A stretch of DNA of 64,000 nt, taken from assembly GCA_018657385.1 (NCBI GenBank), contig JABHXF010000009.1, positions 2,554 to 66,553 on the forward strand, read 5' to 3'. This DNA is from Candidatus Woesearchaeota archaeon (lineage in GTDB: Archaea; Nanobdellota; Nanobdellia; Woesearchaeales; DSVV01). The notes under the pieces are model-generated. The model searched no databases, had not been told where the DNA came from, and was given only the letters and a program-made list of their open reading frames with translations. Shown here in pieces: positions 20,338-29,757 of this stretch. Each line of letters begins with the position of its first letter. Within the stretch, counting starts at the first letter, position 1. The position numbers and the translations under genes were made by a program.

Positions 20338-22521
20338 ATGCCAAACCAAACTATAGTTAATTTCATTAAACAGCATGTTAAACAAGGTTATAGTATTGAG
20401 CAGATTAAAGATTATTTGAAAAAGTATGGATTTAAAGAAAAAGAAATGGAAGAAGCTATTGATTTCTATTACCAAGAGCAAAATAAACATAAAAAAGCAA
20501 ATAAAGAAGCAAAAAAATCAGGAACATCTGGTCAAGCTAGCCCACAATTAATTACTTATGTCAAAGATAATTTGGCAAAAGGATATGATGAACAACAAAT
20601 TAGAAATTACTTATTGCAATATGGTTATGATCATAGTACAGTAGAACAAGCAATGCATGCTGCACAACCCCACCATATTAAACATACATTAGAAATACAC
20701 CCAGCAACTGTAATGCATATTCTTTTGATTGTAGCTGTTATTGGTGGTCTCGTATTAGGTGGCTACTTTTTATTTGGAATATCTGATAGTACACCAGAAC
20801 TATTAGACTACTCTATTCAAGTAGATAATACAGATGTTAATCCAGGAGAAATGCTTTATTTTGTTAATAAAATTACAAATATGGGAGATAAAAGAAGATA
20901 TGATATTTTTATAGAATTTAAAATAATAAATAAAGATACATTAGATGAAATAACATCTTGGAGTAAAACATTTGCAATAGATGTTGTTGTTGACAAACCA
21001 GAATCTGTTCTTATTCCTGCAAATACTAAACCAGGAAAGTATTTATTACATGGAGAGGTTCATTATGGAGATATGAAAAATAAGGCATCTAACAGCTTTA
21101 AAATCCTTTCTACAGGTTCTCAACCAAGTTGTTTTGATAATATAAAAAATCAAGATGAACTTGGAATTGATTGTGGTGGAACATGTAATACATGTGAAAC
21201 ATGTTATGATGGAATCCAAAATCAAAATGAAGAAGGAACTGATTGTGGGGGAATATGTAATACATGTGAAACATGTTTTGATAATATAAAAAATCAAGAT
21301 GAAACAGGAATAGATTGTGGTGGAGTTTGTAATATACCATGTAGTGGAGAAGATAGTGAAGATGATAATGATTATAAAAAAGATTATGATAGTGATGTGG
21401 ATGAAGATTATAGTTATACACCAAGTGTTTATGATGGTGGTAAAGCAAATATAGTTGAACAAATAATAGAAGCAAAAGAATTAGCTAAAACAAATCCAGG
21501 CAATGCATTAGGTATTTGTAATAATTTAGTGGTTAAATCATCAACAGACAGCTGTATTACCAGTGTTGCTAAAATTAGTAATCAATCTAGTTATTGTTAT
21601 CAAATTAATAATGACAAAAAATTAGATGCGTGTTACATGTATTTTGTAACAAATTATAATGATTATACATTATGTGATAGTATTGTAAATGATTTATATA
21701 AAAGTAGTTGTGATAATCTGAAAAAATTAGCTAATCTGCAGAAAAATTATGGAGAAAAAACAGAACCAGGAACACAACAAGGTAGTGGTTCACAAGTTGT
21801 ACTGCCTGGAGATATAAAACCAACATCATCTCCAGATCCAGTTGGTGTTCCATCAAGTAGTGGGGATTTATTTAATAATGTTAAAGTACAACAAATTGAT
21901 GCAACATCTTATGTAATTACATGGACAACTGGTACAAGTGAAAAAAGTGTTGTTAAGTATGGAACAAAACCACATCTACTTAAAAAAACAGAATTTGATT
22001 TTACTTCTACTAAAAATCATGAAGTTACATTAAGTAATCTTGATCCTGCTAAAAAATATTATTTTGCAATGAACACTGTTATAGCTAATAATATAGTTGA
22101 GAGTGATGTTTATGATTTAAGTACTGGAAATAAATGGATTGTTACATCAGAGCCAGTTCAAGAACCTTCACCTCTTGAACCTACTCCTGGACCAACTCCA
22201 TCTCCACAACCTGGTCCTGAACCTACTCCAGATCCTACACCAACTCAACAAATACAATTTAACAGTATGAAAGCAATAAAAGTTGGTTATGGCACATATA
22301 AAATAAGTTGGACAACTAATTTTGCTACAGCAAGTATTCTAAAATATGGAAAACATCCAGATGTATTAGTAAATGTTGAATCTGATGCAGAAGAAAAAAC
22401 ATCACATAGTATTACTATTTCTAGTTTAGAATTAAACAAAAAATATTATTATCAAGTTGCTGGTATTGTAAATGAAATTGCAATTGGTAGTGAAGTTGAA
22501 AGTTTTGATGTAGAAATTTAA
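20338..22521 (+). CDS. single-pass membrane protein: two cytoplasmic 40-aa repeats, TM, CARDB-like segment, three Cys-rich repeats, two FN3-like domains joined by a Pro-rich linker
   Basis: Repeats IVNFIKQHVKQGYSIEQIKDYLKKYGF and LITYVKDNLAKGYDEQQIRNYLLQYGY. TM LLIVAVIGGLVLGGYFLF. 3x C-x13-CGG-x-C-x2-C. Two copies of the Y-x-I-(T/S)-W-T-T...KYG...KKYY pattern. Linker PSPLEPTPGPTPSPQPGPEPTPDPTP. Confidence 0.7.
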   Translation: MPNQTIVNFIKQHVKQGYSIEQIKDYLKKYGFKEKEMEEAIDFYYQEQNKHKKANKEAKKSGTSGQASPQLITYVKDNLAKGYDEQQIRNYLLQYGYDHSTVEQAMHAAQPHHIKHTLEIHPATVMHILLIVAVIGGLVLGGYFLFGISDSTPELLDYSIQVDNTDVNPGEMLYFVNKITNMGDKRRYDIFIEFKIINKDTLDEITSWSKTFAIDVVVDKPESVLIPANTKPGKYLLHGEVHYGDMKNKASNSFKILSTGSQPSCFDNIKNQDELGIDCGGTCNTCETCYDGIQNQNEEGTDCGGICNTCETCFDNIKNQDETGIDCGGVCNIPCSGEDSEDDNDYKKDYDSDVDEDYSYTPSVYDGGKANIVEQIIEAKELAKTNPGNALGICNNLVVKSSTDSCITSVAKISNQSSYCYQINNDKKLDACYMYFVTNYNDYTLCDSIVNDLYKSSCDNLKKLANLQKNYGEKTEPGTQQGSGSQVVLPGDIKPTSSPDPVGVPSSSGDLFNNVKVQQIDATSYVITWTTGTSEKSVVKYGTKPHLLKKTEFDFTSTKNHEVTLSNLDPAKKYYFAMNTVIANNIVESDVYDLSTGNKWIVTSEPVQEPSPLEPTPGPTPSPQPGPEPTPDPTPTQQIQFNSMKAIKVGYGTYKISWTTNFATASILKYGKHPDVLVNVESDAEEKTSHSITISSLELNKKYYYQVAGIVNEIAIGSEVESFDVEI
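21130..21345 (+). repeat. in-frame 75-bp tandem repeat x3 (25-aa Cys-rich unit)
   Basis: TGTTTTGATAATATAAAAAATCAAGATGAA...TGTGGTGGA...TGTAATACATGTGAAACA recurs three times with few substitutions. Confidence 0.85.
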
Positions 22522-22965
22522 GTCTTTTCCCTATTCTGTTATAGGGTGGGAAGAAGGGGTTCTTGGAGGATTGTATTGTTTGTGAAGGTTCTTTTAATTA
22601 ATTTGAAATTACTAACTGAATTTATTTTAAGTATGAAAAAACAACAACAATAATATAAAAATAAAAAATTCAGTAGAAACACACAAAAATAATCCAGACT
22701 TCATCGAGATTATTGAGCTTCCAAACAAGTTTGAAAGTACTCCGAATCTAGTTAAAAAAGGATTTTTACTAAAAAACATTTTTCTAACTGAAATATTTAA
22801 TTTGACTCTATTTTCTCCGGAAAATTTCCAAAGAAATTGGAAATATTTCATATATAATTTGTATTCTGAAAATTTTCTGACTAATTCCGAAAAACTTTCA
22901 ATCTCGTCGGAGAATTTACAAAAAATATTCAATCAAACTTATTAAGAAGTTAGTTTATAAAAAAT

Positions 22966-23011
22966 TAAGTGCCTAATGTGGCACCTGCTGAAAAGCAAAT
23001 AAAACCTCACC
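22966..23011 (+). pseudogene. degenerate copy of the 5' half of the downstream tRNA-like gene
   Basis: TAAGTGCCTAATGTGGCACCTGCTGAAAAGCAAATAAAACCTCACC aligns by eye with GTAAGCCTAATGGTAAGGCACCTGTTTGAAAAGCAGGCGAGACCTCACC at 23072..23120. Confidence 0.55.
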
Positions 23012-23065
23012 AAATATATTATTATCAAAACAAATATATAAAATTTTTGTTTTGGGATATGCAAT

Positions 23066-23173
23066 GCCAGAGTAAGCCTAATGGTAAGGCACCTGTTTGA
23101 AAAGCAGGCGAGACCTCACCGTCCCTTGCGGGTTCAAGGTCAATGGGGGTTGATGAAATTCCCGTCTCTGGCG
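23066..23173 (+). tRNA. tRNA-like gene, probable intron-containing tRNA-Phe (GAA), 108 nt
   Basis: Acceptor GCCAGAG/CUCUGGC plus discriminator G. D-arm with GG. Anticodon arm CCUGU-UUGAAAA-GCAGG. T-arm halves GCGGG-UUCAA and CCCGU are split by about 21 nt, and about 14 extra nt lie in the variable region. The exact splice sites (BHB) could not be resolved by eye. Confidence 0.5.
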
Positions 23174-23235
23174 CATTTTATCCTTTTTTAACTGGCCGAC
23201 AGGCTACTTTTGTTCTGTTTTTAATTTATTAAAAA

Positions 23236-23282
23236 GAAAAAATTCATGAGCTACATTGGCTTCGCCCTAGTTAAAAAAAAAA
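23236..23282 (-). terminator. family F2 downstream motif after the PAC2 gene
   Basis: In mRNA sense: T10-AACTAGGGCGAAGCCAATGTAGCTCATGAATTTTTT, starting directly after the stop at 23284. Confidence 0.45.
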
Positions 23283-23283
23283 T

Positions 23284-24078
23284 CTATCCAATATAAGACA
23301 TTTCACTCTTTAATTTGCCTTTTAGCTTATTAATAGCTGTATCATTACTAACTTCTGCTAATTCTTGAGTTGTTTTTAGCATCTCTTTTTCTAATCCTGT
23401 AATTTCTTTATCTAATTCTTTCAAATTTACTTTCAATGCTAACTTTTTCTCTAAAATTTTTAGAATTTCTCTTGCTCCTTTCACTCCTAAATACATTGGA
23501 TGACCAATTGTCTCTGCTAATAAAGCAATTGCATCTATTTTTGCTAATCCTACTAACAAACCAGTAACACCAACTATTGGACCAACAACACCATATATTT
23601 TACTTGTTGCTTTTGTATTAGTTGTATATTTCTTAACTATTTTCTCATTATTACCTGTACAATATACTTTTGGAGTTTTTGGAACATCTTGTAGTCCTAT
23701 CCCCCCTAAAGTAATTATTTCTTTACAACCAGTTTTATGACATAAATCTAAGATTGCTTCGCAAAATTCATAAGAACTTTCTTCATCAATGGGTTGAACA
23801 TCTCCAACTAGCATAATTAAATCATTTTTCTTTTTGTCATTGAATTTTTTATAATAAATATTAATTGAAGATAACTCTACTAAGTTTTTATCATTAACAA
23901 AAACTGAATGAGGCATTGTATTAGAAAAAACACTATATAATTTCTTTGCCTTAAGATCATCAACTAGAAAATCAACAACTACTTTACCAACATTACCCAT
24001 ACCTGGCAATCCCTCTAAGAAAACAGGATTGTTAAACTTTGGTAAATTTTTTTCTTTTAATGTTAATTTCCATTTCAT
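23284..24078 (-). CDS. PAC2-family (proteasome assembly chaperone-like) protein
   Basis: N-terminal FLEGLPGMGNVGKVVVDFL motif and overall architecture typical of archaeal PAC2/PbaA-B proteins. Lies downstream of nop10, as in many archaea. Confidence 0.65.
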   Translation of the reverse strand: MKWKLTLKEKNLPKFNNPVFLEGLPGMGNVGKVVVDFLVDDLKAKKLYSVFSNTMPHSVFVNDKNLVELSSINIYYKKFNDKKKNDLIMLVGDVQPIDEESSYEFCEAILDLCHKTGCKEIITLGGIGLQDVPKTPKVYCTGNNEKIVKKYTTNTKATSKIYGVVGPIVGVTGLLVGLAKIDAIALLAETIGHPMYLGVKGAREILKILEKKLALKVNLKELDKEITGLEKEMLKTTQELAEVSNDTAINKLKGKLKSEMSYIG

Positions 24079-24135
24079 TTTTGTTATTTAAGATAGGTTT
24101 TCGTTACGAAGAACGAACAACGAATAACCTTTATT

Positions 24136-24303
24136 TTATAATAATCCTTGCTCCTTTCTTTCCTTTTCCTTAACTTCCCTTCTATACTTCCCATATTTAT
24201 CATCTGGAGAGTACTTAGGTGGTTTAGGATCAATTGTAGTCTTCCCACAACATTCCTCTTTCATAGTATAACCATGTTCAGGACATTTCTTAATATGTTT
24301 CAT
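24136..24303 (-). CDS. nop10: H/ACA RNP subunit Nop10 (55 aa, below the ORF-track cut-off)
   Basis: Hand translation of the reverse strand gives MKHIKKCPEHGYTMKEECCGKTTIDPKPPKYSPDDKYGKYRREVKEKERKEQGLL. The zinc-ribbon-like N-terminus and the P-P-(K/R)-(Y/F)-S-P-(D/E)-D-x-Y-x-x-Y-R-R signature are typical of Nop10. Confidence 0.8.
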   Translation of the reverse strand: MKHIKKCPEHGYTMKEECCGKTTIDPKPPKYSPDDKYGKYRREVKEKERKEQGLL

Positions 24304-24392
24304 GTTATAAAAGTTAGGGGTGGTGTTTAAATAGTTTTTGGCTGATTAGGGTTATAATTTATAGATAATTAATAAGTACAAATAAAAAATAT

Positions 24393-24434
24393 AAATTCAT
24401 GAGCTACATATCGTCAGGAATCAGTAAAAAAAAG
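24393..24434 (-). terminator. family F2 downstream motif after gyrB
   Basis: In mRNA sense: TTTTTTTTACTGATTCCTGACGATATGTAGCTCATGAATTTAT. The ATGTAGCTCATGAATTT part is identical to the copy at 23236..23282. Confidence 0.45.
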
Positions 24435-24457
24435 AATTATAGATTTAGAAAAAAGAA

Positions 24458-26665
<2,208 letters not shown>

Positions 26666-26676
26666 TCAAAAATAGA

Positions 26677-26693
26677 TTTTCTCGACGAGAAAA
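26677..26693. promoter_or_regulatory. perfect 17-nt palindrome TTTTCTCG-A-CGAGAAAA upstream of gyrB
   Basis: Read directly; lies 78-94 nt upstream of the gyrB start codon. Confidence 0.4.
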
Positions 26694-26789
26694 AACATCT
26701 TAATTTACTAAAATTGAATGTGTTTTTGTTTATAAACTTTTTGATTTTCAAGTATAATATTCATGTCAAAAACAACATGGCTGTGTGAG

Positions 26790-26878
26790 AAAATTACAAC
26801 ATTGGCCAGGCGAGACGAAGTCGAGTAGGATATTTTCTCAAAGAAAATGTCCGTCTGTGCCAATCTTGTTGTTATTTT
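26790..26878 (+). repeat. structured repeat family 1, copy B
   Basis: AAAATTACAACATTGGCC...GAGAC-GAA-GUCGA...GGAUAUUUUC-UCAAA-GAAAAUGUCC-GUCUGUGCCAATCTTGTTGTTATTTT. Confidence 0.75.
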
Positions 26879-26891
26879 CTTAATATATATT

Positions 26892-26930
26892 AAAAATTCA
26901 GTAGAAACATGGACTCCATCCCTAGTAAAA
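26892..26930 (-). terminator. family F2 motif
   Basis: The + strand reads AAAAATTCAGTAGAAACATGGACTCCATCCCTAGTAAAA. Confidence 0.35.
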
Positions 26931-26936
26931 TTAAAA

Positions 26937-26974
26937 GAAAAAGTCCGTCTGTGCCTTGGTTGTTGTTGTTTTTT
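26937..26974 (+). repeat. structured repeat family 1, 3' half only (partial copy F)
   Basis: GAAAAAGTCCGTCTGTGCCTTGGTTGTTGTTGTTTTTT matches the right arm of the other copies but has no left arm. Confidence 0.6.
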
Positions 26975-27074
26975 ACTGAGAATTAAAAAAAATTACAAGA
27001 ATAAGGCCCTAGCAGTGATGATTTCTCTATTAATTAAAACAAAGAATATCTAAAATTATCAAAATAAAAATGTC

Positions 27075-27473
27075 CTAAAACAAAGTAATACCACTAAACC
27101 AATAAACTATTACCCAGAATAAGGCTATAATACCTAATTGTATTAGCCATGCAATTACAGCTCTAAACCATCCAATTCTAAACATTACTTTATAGACTAA
27201 TAACAAGATCACGAATGATAATAATCCTGCAAAATTATCAACTTTCAACCCAATGATATAACTTAAAACAGCAACAACCATATTTACTATTATTGCTTTA
27301 ATCCAATTAGATTTTCCCTCTAACATTTTAACAGCAATGTTCAATGGTATTGCAGAAATTGCAAAAGTTAATAACAAATAAAGTAATTTTGAAATCATAA
27401 TATTTCTTGATATGTTCTTATTTATATGTTTTTTGAGAAAAAGTCTTATTTTATGAATTAGAAGAAAATCCAT
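27075..27473 (-). CDS. small polytopic membrane protein; the true start is probably Met26 (27398)
   Basis: Hydrophobic helices run throughout. The first codons of the track ORF lie inside repeat copy G (27466..27567), so the upstream start is doubtful. Confidence 0.5.
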   Translation of the reverse strand: MDFLLIHKIRLFLKKHINKNISRNIMISKLLYLLLTFAISAIPLNIAVKMLEGKSNWIKAIIVNMVVAVLSYIIGLKVDNFAGLLSFVILLLVYKVMFRIGWFRAVIAWLIQLGIIALFWVIVYWFSGITLF

Positions 27474-27567
27474 TCATCCATGGCAGGGCTCACGGACTTT
27501 TTGCTTTGCAAAAAATCCTATTCAGCTCGTTACACTCGCTTCATCAGCCCGCCATGAATGGATTTTT
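27466..27567 (-). repeat. structured repeat family 1, copy G
   Basis: The reverse complement reads AAAAATCCATTCATGGCGGGCUGAUGAAGCGAGUGUAACGAGCUGAAUAGGAUUUUUUGC-AAA-GCAAAAAGUCCGUGAGCCCUGCCATGGATGAATGGATTT. Confidence 0.7.
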
Positions 27568-27582
27568 AGATTGGTGTTTTCT

Positions 27583-27695
27583 AAAAATCCAACAACAATG
27601 ACGCAGATGGGGGGAGGGTTGGCTCCTCTGGAGTCCCCCATAAGACAAATCGTTTACAATTTGACTGTCTGCTGTCTTTGTTGTTGTTGGATTTT
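27583..27695 (+). repeat. divergent member of repeat family 1 (copy H): same outer arms, different cargo
   Basis: Outer arms AAAAATCCAACAACAATGAC / GTCTTTGTTGTTGTTGGATTTTT. Inner GCAGAUG-(GGGGGA...UCCCCC hairpin)-AUA-(AGACAAAU...AUUUGACUGUCU hairpin)-GC. Confidence 0.55.
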
Positions 27696-27878
27696 TGATT
27701 TTTAATTATCTATTTTTATCATTTCACCAATCTCTACTTTACAATAAAAACAACATATAAACACACATAAAGTTATGAAAAGGATTATATATTAGCTAAT
27801 CTAGTACCTAGATATAATACAATTTGGCACATGTTAAGCTTTTCAAGTTTAACAATTCAAAAAGTGGAGGTAAATAAA

Positions 27879-28028
27879 ATGGCAGACAAATTAAGTTTCT
27901 ATGATGTAAAGGGTAAAACTAAATTTGAATCAGACAAATATGAAATCAAAGTAAGAAAAGGTCGAAAATTTGCAGTTGCAGATGCCCCATCAGGTATTAA
28001 AGCATGGAGAATCCTAGGAAGAGCATAA
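27879..28028 (+). CDS. small basic protein (49 aa), possible nucleic-acid-binding protein
   Basis: GGAGGT Shine-Dalgarno upstream of ATG 27879. Sequence MADKLSFYDVKGKTKFESDKYEIKVRKGRKFAVADAPSGIKAWRILGRA. The pattern resembles small zinc-ribbon proteins but lacks the cysteines. Confidence 0.5.
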   Translation: MADKLSFYDVKGKTKFESDKYEIKVRKGRKFAVADAPSGIKAWRILGRA

Positions 28029-28203
28029 ATTTATGCTTTCTTTTTAATTTTTTCTTTTAATTATTAAATTATAATGCTTTCTCAAAATTAACTATTTTTA
28101 CCACCTATTTTAGGTAAAAAGGCCATAATTGTTATCAATCGGTAAATAAATTATATAAATGGTGGGATGATTCTTTGTATATATATGAATTTGGGGGATT
28201 TTA

Positions 28204-29757
28204 ATGAGATTTAGGTGGCAAGAAGTATCTACATTGATTAGTTCTGCAGTACTTGGTGCAGCTGGTATGTTTACAGCAGGTGCTATTGGTTGTTTTGGTG
28301 AAAATGCACAAACCACAATAATTGATTATATTTCTCCTGAAACTGCAAATATTGAAACAATACCAGATAAAACAGCAGAAACATTAACATCTAAAGTTGA
28401 TAAACAAATACATGATGCTGCCATAGATACTGGAAATAGAGACAATACCCCACAAAACCCAAGTGATATTGAAAAAGTAATAATAGAAAATCCAAATAAT
28501 CTAAGCACACAAGATGATAGTAATTTAACCAAACATATTAATTATAAGCATAATAATGTGGTTATTCCATTTACTGGTTTATTAGAAAATAAATACTTTG
28601 AAAATTTTCTTATTAATTCTGGAATCTATAAATCCATGCTTAATATGCATATATCCCAATTATTAGAATCAATCCCAGCAGAGTTATTACCAAGAGAACA
28701 TACTAACAAATATTTTGAAAAGTTCTTTGAAGCATATTACAAAGAGATTAGAAAAAAAAGAAGAGAAATGGGTGTAGTAAGAGATTTTTTCTGCAGAGTT
28801 TATGATGAAAAAGCAGCAGCAATATGTAATAATTTTGAAGATCGTGCTTTATTTTTCCCTCAGCAATTATTTGTTATTGATAAATCTGAATTTAAAGCTT
28901 ATTATTTTGATTTTTCTACTGAAATTGATCTAAGCAAAATAATTGTAAGTGTTGATGGAAGAAGAACAGCATATGATATAATTGAAGAACCAGGAGAAAT
29001 AGTAGTTAAAACAAAATCATATAAAACCAGAGCAAAAGCAAGACCAACATTAGATGAAATAATTGATGGAAATGATCATGAAGTTAGTGTAATAGGAGTA
29101 AAAGAAGTTCAGAAACAATATTCAACTACCTTTGCTCATGATAATCTAATGATTTACTTTGATGATAATATGAATCCTGTTGCTTATTCAAAAGATGCTG
29201 GTAAAACACAAAAACTTTACAATTCAAAAAGATCTGAAAAAATTGCGAGAGCAATTAAAAAAGCTTTCTTAAAAAGAAAACAACAAAATGAAGATTCAGA
29301 AGGGACAATAGTTGCCCCTGAAATGATATATTCAGTTGCAATTGGTGAAGATGAATATAATCATTCAAAAAAAAATAAAACATCAATTACACCAAATGGA
29401 ATATTGTGGGTAGATAAGATGGAATTTAGCCCAACTGAATACTATAGAGCTTATTATGAAATGTTTTACAAAGATAATCCTAAAAAATATGAAGAGAAAA
29501 AAGATGCAGGTAAAAAATATGGACCTAGATTAATATCATTTAACGGACCACTTGAATTCCATGATTTAATTGCATTTCATGGAACTGCTCCAAATGTGCA
29601 ATGGAGTGTTGGTAAAGCAGAATCATGGGGATGCTTAAGAATGTATAATAACGAAAGAAACAGTAAAAGAGAAGGAGATCATATCCTAGATTTATTTGAC
29701 AGATTAATTAGTACAAAATATAAAGGTCTTGGTGTGCCAGTTGTTATTGTACCTTAA
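28204..29757 (+). CDS. lipoprotein-like protein with a C-terminal L,D-transpeptidase (YkuD)-like domain
   Basis: N-terminal hydrophobic segment ending AGAIGC (lipobox-like). C-terminal FHGTAPNVQWSVGKAESWGCLRMYNNE matches the H-G-x(n)-S-x-G-C-(I/L)-R-M catalytic signature of YkuD. Confidence 0.6.
   Translation: MRFRWQEVSTLISSAVLGAAGMFTAGAIGCFGENAQTTIIDYISPETANIETIPDKTAETLTSKVDKQIHDAAIDTGNRDNTPQNPSDIEKVIIENPNNLSTQDDSNLTKHINYKHNNVVIPFTGLLENKYFENFLINSGIYKSMLNMHISQLLESIPAELLPREHTNKYFEKFFEAYYKEIRKKRREMGVVRDFFCRVYDEKAAAICNNFEDRALFFPQQLFVIDKSEFKAYYFDFSTEIDLSKIIVSVDGRRTAYDIIEEPGEIVVKTKSYKTRAKARPTLDEIIDGNDHEVSVIGVKEVQKQYSTTFAHDNLMIYFDDNMNPVAYSKDAGKTQKLYNSKRSEKIARAIKKAFLKRKQQNEDSEGTIVAPEMIYSVAIGEDEYNHSKKNKTSITPNGILWVDKMEFSPTEYYRAYYEMFYKDNPKKYEEKKDAGKKYGPRLISFNGPLEFHDLIAFHGTAPNVQWSVGKAESWGCLRMYNNERNSKREGDHILDLFDRLISTKYKGLGVPVVIVP

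Noticed and set aside
21046-21475. Two minus-strand ORFs (138 and 121 aa) over the Cys-repeat region of 20338..22521
   Set aside because: They are kept open by the 75-bp tandem repeat, and the products are repetitive I/T/F or H/Y/L strings.
22627-22932. 101-aa minus-strand ORF
   Set aside because: It overlaps the expanded F2 repeat copy and other intergenic repeat words (repeated GGAAAATTT / GAAAATTTTC-type words in the DNA). It has no ribosome-binding site or promoter and its product is low-complexity. A real small gene cannot be fully excluded.
26847-27053. 68-aa + strand ORF
   Set aside because: It is built from repeat copies B and F and the F2 motif (intergenic repeat DNA).
27466-27567. 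Hammerhead ribozyme in repeat family 1. Copy G contains CUGAUGA...GAA, copies D/E contain CAGAUGAG-hairpin-CGAA, and all but copy G have GUC after hairpin 2.
   Set aside because: The catalytic core is not conserved across copies (A-C have GGCGAG and CGAG; U4 is A in D/E). Position 15.1/16.1 would be U.U instead of A-U. In copy G the would-be cleavage nucleotide is G.
27466-27567. Box C/D sRNA (CUGAUGA and CUGA boxes in copy G)
   Set aside because: The boxes are only 15 nt apart with no guide regions and no C'/D' pair. The other copies lack canonical boxes. Only the tandem G.A (K-turn-like) feature is shared.
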